From: Octopus vulgaris
Lineage: Eukaryota
DNA length: 64,000 nt
Direction of reading: 5' to 3'
Assembly (NCBI GenBank): GCA_951406725.2
Contig: OX597829.1
Span: forward strand, 2,108,001-2,172,000
Shown here: piece after piece, positions 53,298 through 64,000 of the stretch
Layout: each line of letters opens with the position of its first letter
Numbering within the stretch: the stretch's first letter is position 1
The notes under the pieces: generated by a model
Told to the model about the DNA's origin: nothing
The model's input: only the letters and a program-made list of their open reading frames with translations
The model's database searches: none
Program-made: the position numbers and the translations under genes

Positions 53298-54161
53298 GCA
53301 TATATATACATGCACATATATATATAAATACATATATATGCATACAGATGCATATGCATTTCTACATACATGCACATATAAATGCATATACATGCACATA
53401 TATATGCATTTACCATATGGTTTATTGAAATCTCACATGGACAATGATTTTGTATTGTTTATCTTTTTTTTTGTTTTTTACAATGTAACCTATTTCATTA
53501 TTATTATTTTTTATTACAATCCCAATTATTAAAGAGATCAAGAACAACAAGGGTAAAGAAACAAAATAATAAAAATAATAATAATAATGATAATAATAAT
53601 AATAATAATAATTGTCCACAAAAATGTAAAAAAAAAAAAAATTAGTCACCAGAAGAATGAAATTTAATAATAATAATAATTATTATAATGAAAATAAAAT
53701 TCTTTATTGTAATTAGATAATAAAATTAAAGATGAACTTGGAAGAAAAACAATGGAAAATTTGAAGATAATATCATTCAAGAATTTGTTATTTCTCCCAA
53801 GAAGAAATTAAAGAAGAAGGAAAAATCCAAGAGGAAAAATATGAAAAGTGTGAGCGGAAAATGAATTTCAGCAGGAAAAAATGAATTTTACACACACACA
53901 CATGTATGTATGTATATATGTATGTATATGCAATAAAACAGAATCCAAGGAGACTGGCATTGGTTTGCATCGGCAAGGCTTGTATTGTTTAGTAAAATAG
54001 AGAAAAGAATTACACTGAACATGGCATGGGGAGTGGAAATCCTAGGTTTCGGACACAGTTTCTTCTTCAAGAAAAAGTTGACAGGAGAAAAATTTAATGA
54101 AACACTGGATTTTCCACCCCACCAAGGTCACTGTACATTTTTTGTTTATTTTACTACACAC

Positions 54162-54215
<54 letters not shown>

Positions 54216-54286
54216 GTATGTACCTTTCAGTTATAGGTTTATTTAATGAATAGAAAAACAATTAACAATTATATCATCAATAAAAT

Positions 54287-54328
<42 letters not shown>

Positions 54329-54860
54329 GTTTCCAATTCAGGCCCAAGCCCAAAATTTTGAGGAAGGAGTAGGTCAGTACCATTGATTCAAGCACTTGAC
54401 AGTACTTTATTGTTCCCCCCCCCCCCCGAGGGACAATAAGTAAAGATTACCTCAGTAGAATTTGAATCTAGAATGAAAAGAGACGTTTGTTCAATACTCG
54501 AACAATATTAATCCAAAGCCCTTTTATAAGAATGGCAATAATAATAATAATAATAATAATAATAATTCATAACAAAGGCATGAGCCCTGAAGTAGGTTAG
54601 TTGATTAAATTGATACCAGTAACTCTGGAAGGATAAAAGTCAAAGATGACCTTGGCTGGATTTTGAATTTGGAATCTTCAGAGCAGGAAAAAATACCAGA
54701 AAGCATTTAATCCGATACTCTAACAATATACTCTAATAATAATAATAATAATAATAATTATAATAATCATCATGATTTCTTTTATTAGTCACAAGGGTAT
54801 AGATGAGAAGGACATCACAAGAGCAGTAAACAATTTGTAGGTATTTACATAAAGGATGGG

Positions 54861-54902
<42 letters not shown>

Positions 54903-55092
54903 GTTTCATATTTTGGAACAATGCCACTGGGTGAGAGGGTAAATCAATTACACTGACCCCAGAATTCAAATGGTATTTATTTCATCAACACCAAAAGGAT
55001 GAAATGCAATGTCAACCTAGGAGTAATTTAAATGGTCGAAATGTCACTAAGCCTTTTCTCAAGTGGGCCAACAATTCTACCATCTCAATGCC

Positions 55093-55135
<43 letters not shown>

Positions 55136-55136
<1 letters not shown>

Positions 55137-55488
55137 CACGAGCAGAAGTAGTTGGGGAGCATCATGGCCATGTGTCGAGAAGGATTCTTTGGGGTTTGAA
55201 TAATTCACCTCTGGAAACATGGGTGTTTCATTCAACATCCTTAAACAACCCTTATTCAGGGACCTTTTGAGCGGGATGGGCTACTCAACCTGAAGAAAAT
55301 TCTAACTGGGCCCCTACCTGCAAGGTCATGCACTGTTTGTCTTGATATGAGATCACCATGTCACGCACATATGGTTGTGATGCATGCGTCTGGAGTACCC
55401 TTATCAGACAGGTAGTCATGATGGGTACATTGGGCTTCGTATATTTTACCTCAGTGTCACTTTGATGGCATGCATTACTCTCTCACTC

Positions 55489-55490
<2 letters not shown>
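55136..55490 (+). mobile_element. 5'-truncated copy of the (AAT)n-associated element
   Basis: Matches 47719-48070. Flanked by (AAT)n on both sides. Confidence 0.8.
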
Positions 55491-55537
<47 letters not shown>

Positions 55538-57464
55538 GCAATAATAAACTGGTGTGTATAATTTAATGTCCTATCAATATATACTCTAAGTTTCTTTGCT
55601 CTAGGTATTGCAAAGATACTCAGCAAAAGAAATGGAACCAAATTGAGATAAGAAAAATTAATAATAATCCTTCATGTTATAGGCACAAGGAACAAAATCT
55701 TGGGGAAGGGTTGATTGATGCTGTCAATGAATGCTAGTGCTTGACTAGTACTTATATTAACCCCAAGAGGATAGAAAATAAAATTCATATCAGCCGGATT
55801 TGAACTCAGAATGTGTAGACCCGGAACAAATCCTGCAAGACATTCTTTCCCATACTTTAATGATTTCACCAAACCACTGCCCCGAACAACATCAGCAACA
55901 ACAATAATAGCAATAATAATAATCATTTTCTATTATAGGCACAAAGCCTGGATTTTTGTGGGGAGGGGGACAATCGAACATATAGACCCCTACTTGACTG
56001 CAACTTAATTTAACGACCCTGAAAAGATGAAAGGCAAAGTTGGCCTTGGTGGAGTTTGAACTCAGAACACAAAGACAGACGAAATACCATTTAACAACTG
56101 GTGTTGGTGTGTTTACACCCTTGTAACTTAGCAGTTCAGCAAAAGACGATTAGAATAAATAACAGCCTTAATAAAAGAATTTTACTAAAATTCTTGTAGG
56201 CAGTGCTCCAGCATGACCACAGTTAAATGACAGAAACATGTAAATGTTTTCTATCGTTAATGGTTTTCTCTCATAAAAGTGGATCAGGAATGATATGTGA
56301 CTAAACAACAACTAGGACACATTAGATAATGTGGTCTTAGATACACTACACCTGTATAAAAGACAGGAGGATCACAGCTGGATCATTTATGATCATAAGT
56401 TTGTTAAACCAAGACTGATTGGGGTAAAGCAGTATCAACTATTAACAGTCAACATGAGGAAAGATGTTACAGAAAGTCGTTTTCTTTAGAAAGTGAAATA
56501 AAGCCACAAGCAACAGATGTGTGTGATCTATAGATATATTTGCATTCATTGAACTTCTTTTCTTCAACACCCACCTCTTTGATATAGTTTTCATTGATCA
56601 CACATCTGAACATGTGAGCAATACGTTTACATTCACCCTCTTTAATGACTTAGTCAAAGAACAAAATGCAACCTCTAAGCTCCCGCCCACCTCCTTTTTT
56701 CTTTTTTCTTTTGTGAGATTCTAAGACTGGTGGAAGGGTAAAAGAGAGGTAGTTTATTCTGAACCGCTGATGATCTGGCCAAAATATTTGCAAGAGAACA
56801 GAATGGATTAATGGTAAATTGCACACAAATTGTAGTCGACTGCATATATCTCTTTACTACCCACAAGGGGCTAAACATAGAGGGGATAAACAAGGATAGA
56901 CGAATGGATTGAAGCGATTACATCGACCCCAGTGCGTAACTGGCACTTAATTTAATCGACCCCGAAAGGATGAAAGGCGAAGTCAACCTCGGCGAAACTT
57001 GAACTCAGAACGTAGCGGCAGACGAAATACGGCTGCGCATTTCGCCCAGCATGCTAACGTTTCTGCCAGCTCGCCGTCTTTGCAGTTGACTGCATAATTG
57101 CATGCAAAGTTGTTTATAAACAAATACGACGAGTTCCTTAGAGAGTGTAACATGCCATAATGCAGAATAGCTTTTTAACAGTAAAGAATAATAAAAAATT
57201 AACTAAAACGGTGAAACTCTGTATGAGTTTTTCTAACATTTTCTAAAATAAGAATAAAAGAAAAAAGAATTGGATTCAATAATTTTGAGTGAATTGGCAT
57301 TCTTCAGACAAACTGAAAGATTGCTGCTATTAGGAGGGAACTGACCTTGAGGTGGAATGTGTAGATGAATTAACAGCTTAAAAAGTTTTGAATAATATTA
57401 ATATTTAATAAATAATGTTTTTAGTATTTCTGAAATGAATTTTAGCACCCACCAAATTCGATGA

Positions 57465-57904
57465 CTGGCATCCGTTGCTAGTTGAGTGCTAAGAGTACCA
57501 CACGGGTGAGATCGTTGCCAGAGCAACAAGCTGGCCTTCGTGCCAATTTCACGTTAAGCACACCATTCAAGTGTGATCGTTACCGCATCGCCTTACTAGC
57601 ACTTGTGCGGGTGGCACGTGAAATATTCGAGCGAGGTCGTCGCCAATTCCTGCTTGACTGGCTCCTGTGCAGGTGGCATGTAAAAAGCACCATTTGGGCG
57701 TGCCCATTGCCAGTACCACCAAACTGGCCCTCATGCCAGTGGCACGTAAAAGCACCCACTACACTCTCGGAGTGGTTGGTGTTTGGAAGGGCATCCAGCA
57801 GTAGAAACTCTGCCAGATCAGATTGGAGCCTGGTTCGCCAGACCTCAGTCAAGTCGTCCAACCCATGCTAGCATGGAAAGCGGACGTTAAACGATGATGA
57901 TGAT
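57465..57904 (+). mobile_element. SINE-like element with (GAT)n tail; related degenerate copy at ~34045-34195 (-)
   Basis: Ends CCAACCCATGCTAGCATGGAAAGCGGACGTTAAACGATGATGATGAT. Confidence 0.7.
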
Positions 57905-58817
57905 CATCATCATTTTGTTGCTTCGAGATTTCAATTACATGGTTGCTTATTTTTAGAATGACATTTTAGAGTAGGTAGGAGAAGCCAGATCTAGCCAGTT
58001 TTAACAGAAAACCCGTAGAATATTTGGGTTGGATATGGATGATTTAGATGTTACAAAGTTAAGCCATTTGATAATCAATAGGGAGCCTTTTGGAGAAGAC
58101 TTCAAAGAACTTGCATAAAATTTCTCTCTCCATTCCAATACTTCACTCTATAAGACATGGCAACAAACACTCAACTCAGCGTTGGTATAGTCCTCAGATT
58201 TGTAAATAAATATTTCAGTTGAGAGTTTAATACAAGACTCCAAGCATTATAAGTGTTAACAAACCAACCAAAATTTTGCTCACAAAGTTACTTAGTTTAA
58301 ATTCTCTTGCAGTTATAGTTTGAGGAAGAGAGCATATTTAGCTGTGTAAGGATAACTTTATCTATGGATTAATGTAATCAACTTTCTCCATCCTGGTCCT
58401 GTACCAAAATTAGAAAGAAATCTGTTATTATTAAGGTGGTAAACTAGCATGTTCGTTAGCACGCCTGGCAAAATACTTAGTAGCATTTTGTCCATCTTTA
58501 GGCTCTGGGTTTGAATTTGGCCAAGATCAACTTTGCTATTCATCCTTCCAAGACTAATATAATAAGTAACAGTTGAGCATAGGGTTTGATGTAATTGACT
58601 TTCCCCTGCCTTCAAAAACTGCTGCCTTATGCCAAAAGTTCAAACCGTTATCATTATTATTATTATCATTATTATTCAGTAGTTTTATTTCTATAGTGTG
58701 CTTTCACATCACTACCGAGCGCAGCTCTGTGTGTGCCTTGGGTATGTGCTGTGATTTGTTGTGATGCTCTGATGATTACTGTATGGAAAGTGTTCTGCAT
58801 AGGATGTGTTTTGCGTA

Positions 58818-58865
<48 letters not shown>

Positions 58866-59349
58866 CAACTATTGCCACTATTAAAAAAAAACTGTCCGAA
58901 TAGAGGGATAGCCAAAATGATCAAGGAACCCCAACAGATCTTCAATTATTATTACTGTTAAAACCAAGGGTGATCTCCCAGTTTTTTTCTCTGGCAAATA
59001 CACTCACTCATGTTGAGAGTGAAAGGACTATTTATTTCATTGCCTTTGTGATTTCCCCCTGGCCCATTGCATTTATTAACAAACAAAGAAACAATTATTA
59101 TTATCCCTGATACTTCACTGCATTGAGAGGATTCTTCAAGCCAAGCCGACTGGCAAGTTACCTAGGGGTAGACAAAGAACAAGACGGATGGATATGCTTG
59201 GGGATCCAGCCAGAAAGACTAACGATGGCTGTTTCTGACAAGAAGCTATGGGGAGAGTTCCTGAGGATTCTACCTTCATGACCCTCCCAGGAGTAGTGGG
59301 CAGAGAAAATGAATGGATGGATGGATTATTATTTTCATTATTATTATTA

Positions 59350-59383
<34 letters not shown>

Positions 59384-59934
59384 TGTGGTGATACATTGGA
59401 CAAAATGTTTTGGAGTTTATAGTTATGGACATTTACATTCTGAAAGGAGTGATAAAATAAAGTGCAATTGACACTGATATCATTCACTCATCTTATTCTC
59501 TCAGAAATTGCTGGCCTGGCATCAAAATTAGAAGCACGTTCAAATGACCGGCTGAGGTCAACATAGTTTTTCATCTGTCCGGGTTGAGTTAGGGGGCAGG
59601 AATCAATCAAATAAAGTATCAGATAAGTACAAGAACCAATGTGATCTACCAACGCTTCACACACACACAAAAAAAAAAAAAGCAAATTGTACAATTTCAC
59701 AACATCATTTTTGTTTTAGAAAGAAAGAAATGCAAGATATTCCAGTTGAATTTTCAGAATTTCTGCATTTCGGTGTATTTTTTTATTTTCCATTATTCTT
59801 GTCTAATTTTGAACCTGAAAAACACAGATGAACCATTGAAATAAACAAGGTCAATCCATGTTTTATTGAACATTGCATCATGCTTTTTCTCTTTCTATTA
59901 TTACCTTTGAAGAGTTACATTAATTTTAATGTAG

Positions 59935-60411
59935 TTATCATTATTATTGTTATTATTATTATAAGTTATTACTATTATTATTATCATCATTACTATTATT
60001 ATTATTATCATCATTATTACTATTATTATTATTATCATCATTATTACTATTATTATTATTATCATCATTATTACTATTATTATCATCATTACTATTATTA
60101 TTATTATCATCATTATTACTATTATTATTATTATCATCATTACTATTATTATTATTATCATCATTATTACTATTATTATTATTATCATCATTACTATTAT
60201 CATCATCATCATCATCATTACTATTATTATTATTATCATTATTACTATTATTATTATTATCATCATTATTACTATTATTATTATTATCATCATTATTACT
60301 ATTATTATTATTATCATTATTACTATTATTATTATTATCATCATTATTACTATTATTATTATTATCATTATTACTATTATTATTATTATCATTATTACTA
60401 TTATTATTATT

Positions 60412-60443
<32 letters not shown>

Positions 60444-60475
60444 TATTATTATTATTATAATTATTTTTATTATTA

Positions 60476-60550
<75 letters not shown>

Positions 60551-60590
60551 TATTATTATTACTACTACTACTACTACTACTGTTACTACT
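59935..60590. repeat. (TAT/CAT/TAC)n array with a ~21-24 bp higher-order unit
   Basis: Recurring unit TACTATTATTATTATTATCATCATTAT. Confidence 0.9.
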
Positions 60591-60732
60591 AAGGTGGCAA
60601 GCTGGTAGAATCGTTAGCACATCAGATGAAATGCTTAGCAGTATCTCACCTGTCTTATGCCTGGCATGCTAACAATTCTGCCAGCTCGCCACTTAAATAA
60701 TAATATTAATAATAGTAGTAGCAGTAGTAGCA

Positions 60733-60782
<50 letters not shown>

Positions 60783-62111
60783 TTATTTCTTTACTACCCA
60801 CAAGGAGGGAACAAACAAGGACAGACAAACAGATTAAGTTGATTATATCGACCCCAGTGCGTAACTGGTACTTATTTAATCGACCCTGAAAGGATGAAAG
60901 GCAAAGTGGACCTCGGCGGAATTTGAACTCAGAACGTAACAGCAGACGAAATACGGCTAACATTCCTGCCAGCTCGCCGCCTAGCAATAACAATAATATA
61001 CTAATAAAAGTATTAAGTATTATCATTATCAATAATAATAATAATATTGATATTATTACATAAAGGCAAAAAACATAGCAAGAATAATGATTATAAACAA
61101 AATTATTATTATTATTATTATTATTATCATCAAATTCAATAAAATAAGAGTAGCAGTCAAGTACTGGAGCCAATAGTATCAATGAATATATATGCTCCCC
61201 TAAAATTTGTTGGCCTTGTGCTTAAATTAATAATAGTAATGATAATGATTTCTTTATTATTATTATTATTATCATTATTATTATAATTATTATTATTATT
61301 ATTATTAATAAAGGACAATGATGATGATAATAAATGTTATATTCAATCATTTTCTTCTTTTAAAACAGCTACGTACCATTCTGCTCCATCCAAACCCCAT
61401 TTCAAACCAATATGTTTTCGACAGGAACTTTAACATAAACATTAAAAGAGAAATATTATAAAAAAAAAAGGAAGAAAACAATAAACAATAAAAATATAAA
61501 TTAAAAAAAAAAAAAACTGAGTTGAAGATCATTGAGGGAATTGAGAAGAAATGAATTTATACCTTTAACCAGAAATCTCAAAAACCACAGTCGTTGCAAA
61601 TTAACCTCATCTTCTCCACTCCACCCATGACCACCCACAGTGAACCCTATTACTGTGCAATATATTTATTGGAATTCCAAACATAACAAAAACAATACAG
61701 ACACACACGCACACACAAATTACAAGCATTCATTCACCTGCCCAATCACCAACCACCCCACCCACCCATCCCCAGTTTACACACACAAACACACACATGC
61801 ACATATGTGCATATATGCAATATATTGCACAGTAAGATTTTTTCATGTCTGGAATCTGAACACAACACAACATCAGCTGTAATTTGAAATTATCAAAATT
61901 CAAATTAAATTTCGTTTGTTTTGGATTTTTTAAAACTGATTTATGTTATTTTCTTTTTTTGTTGTTGTTATCATTGCCATTGTTGTTATTGTTTTATTAC
62001 AACCATTATATTTTCTTCTTGGTTTGTTTTTTTCTTTATATGAGTTTTTTTTTCAGTTTTTAGTATTGTTGTTGTACTTGTTATAGATTTATATTCTATT
62101 TTATTCTTTAT

Positions 62112-62276
62112 TTAGGCTGCTTTCCATTCAATCTGGAGTGCTGTTGCATTTGTATGTTCAAAATGCCATTGTTGTGTTTTCAAGTTCTTATTACATGGGT
62201 TCATAAAGACTTCTTGGCTTCCAGTATCGCAGTCCAGGCACTGTTGGCTTATGGGATGATACAGCTGTCGTGTTTC
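62112..62276 (-). CDS. GALNT10: Last coding exon of polypeptide N-acetylgalactosaminyltransferase (GALNT10-like), C-terminal ricin-B lectin repeat; upstream exons not identified in the window
   Basis: Acceptor TTTTCTTACAG followed by ETRQLYHPISQQCLDCDTGSQEVFMNPCNKNLKTQQWHFEHTNATALQIEWKAA*. This matches the GALNT10-type pattern LYHPxSxxCxDC...FMNxC...TQQWxFEHTN, including the QxW lectin motif. Confidence 0.88.
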   Translation of the reverse strand, partial: ETRQLYHPISQQCLDCDTGSQEVFMNPCNKNLKTQQWHFEHTNATALQIEWKAA

Positions 62277-63554
62277 CTGTAAGAAAATAAATCAGATATA
62301 ACAATCATAATAATAATAATAATAATAATAATCCTTTCTACTGGAAGCATGAGGGCCTCAAATTTGGGGAAAGGGATTAAGTCAATCACATTGGCTCTAG
62401 TGCATAACTGGTACTTGTTTAATTGACCCTGAAGGGATGAAAGGCAAAGTCAAGCTCAGCAGAATCTGAACCCAGAACGTGAAGACAGACAAAATACCTA
62501 TTTCTTTACTACTCACAAGGGGCTAAACACAGAGAGGACAACCAGATTAAGTTGATTATATCGACCCCAGTGCGTAACTGGTACTTATTTAATCGACCCC
62601 AAAAGGATGAAAGGCAAAGTCGACCTCGGCGGAATTTGAACTCGGAACGTAGCGGCAGACGAAATACTGCTAAACATTTCGCCGTTGTGCTAACAATTCT
62701 GCCAGCTCGCCGACAGACAAAATACTACTTAGCATTTTACCTGGCATGCTAACGATTCTGCTAGCTTACCACCTTAATCATAATAATAATGATGGTTACA
62801 AATTTTGGCACAAGAACAGCAAGTTCGGGGAAGGGGGAAAATCGATTATTCTGACTCTGGTGTTGTTTGACCAGTACTTATTTTATTGATCCTGAGAAGA
62901 TGAAAGGCAAAGTCAACCATGGCAGAATTTGAACACAGATGAAACGCTACTAAGCAGCAACCCACCACAGTTCTATAGTTATTTTGTGTCGTCTTTGCAG
63001 TAGTATTTGGCTAATGAGCAGACCCACCCTGAAGTGTGGTGTGACACTTGGCTGTGTGAGAGAGCTTCACTTATGCATCCTGTCTCATGAATGCAGTTGT
63101 GACAATACTTTTTACTTAGCATTACACTCTTAGAGAGGACTGTGGTGTTAACATGTCACAACAACCAGGGTCTTTACTGAGGCACCATCTCTAGGGACTA
63201 CCAGTGAAGATTAAAGAGCCCTTCCTGCCTTTGTGATAGATTTACACCCATGAAGATGATCTCTGATGGTTTAGTTCTCAGAGTATTCTATCTTATTCTC
63301 TGGGTGGAGAAGATAAGGAAGAGGTAGAATTACCTCAGAACACAGAAGCAACTTCATCTTGGACAAAGATTTAATCAGTAATATCAACATATCGACCAGA
63401 CTGTTAGATGTTATGCATCACTGGTCAGATTGTTCTTGATGCACACACACACACACACACACACATATGTGAGCATATGTGAATGCATGTTTGTGCACAT
63501 GTGTGTCCTGAGTCAGCAGGTGTGTCTCCCTACACTGTTAACTTGTTTGTTTTT

Positions 63555-63756
63555 GTTTTTACTTGTTTCAGTCACTTGACTGTGGCCATGCTGGAGCACC
63601 ACCTTTAGTCGAGCAAATCGACCCCGGAACTTATTCTTTATAAGCCCAGTACTTATTCTATCGGTCTCTTTTGCCGAACCGCTAAGTGACAGGGACGTAA
63701 ACACACCAGCATCGGTTGTCAAGCAATGCTAGGGGGACAAACACAGACACACACAC

Positions 63757-63799
<43 letters not shown>

Positions 63800-63965
63800 T
63801 ACGACTGGCTTCTTTCAGTTTCCGTCTACCAAATCCACTCACAAGGTATTGGTCAGCCCGGGGCTATAGCAGAAGACATTTACCCAAGATGCCACGCAGT
63901 GGGACTGAACCCAGAACCATGTGGTTGGTTAGCAAGCTACTTACCACACAGCCACTCCTGTGCCT
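63555..63965 (-). mobile_element. SINE family 2, full-length
   Basis: Collinear with 23435-23865. Confidence 0.85.
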
Positions 63966-64000
63966 ATATACATATATACATATATACGACTGGCTTCTTT

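Noticed and set aside
59880-60620. His/Tyr-rich 242-aa ORF resembling a structural protein
   Set aside because: Derived entirely from TAT/CAT repeats with no unique sequence; the opposite strand is equally open.

Overview
AT-rich, microsatellite-saturated metazoan DNA whose repeat families and general look suggest an octopus genome (inferred, not proven). Recognisable host genes are few. They are an intronless 490-aa 'mini-eIF4G' ORF (eIF4E-binding motif plus MIF4G only, 26247-27719 +), an intact tRNA-Asp(GTC) gene (41817-41888 +), and the last coding exon of a GALNT10-like GalNAc transferase (62112-62276 -), which the ORF track missed. The rest is mobile DNA: RTE LINEs (one 509-codon intact RT ORF and one twin-primed inverted copy), CR1-, CRE- and R4/Dong-like remnants, several SINE families, Helitrons, Tc1/mariner, hAT and Mutator remnants, and six GG-ended, 8-bp-TSD (Merlin-like) MITEs that all carry TTAGGG repeats. 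The most striking hidden signal is about ten minimal type I hammerhead ribozyme folds in short Penelope-like inserts, mostly embedded in microsatellites. Two of them have compensatory 3-8 core pairs (G3-C8, U3-A8). Nearly all low-complexity ORFs in the supplied track are microsatellite artefacts.
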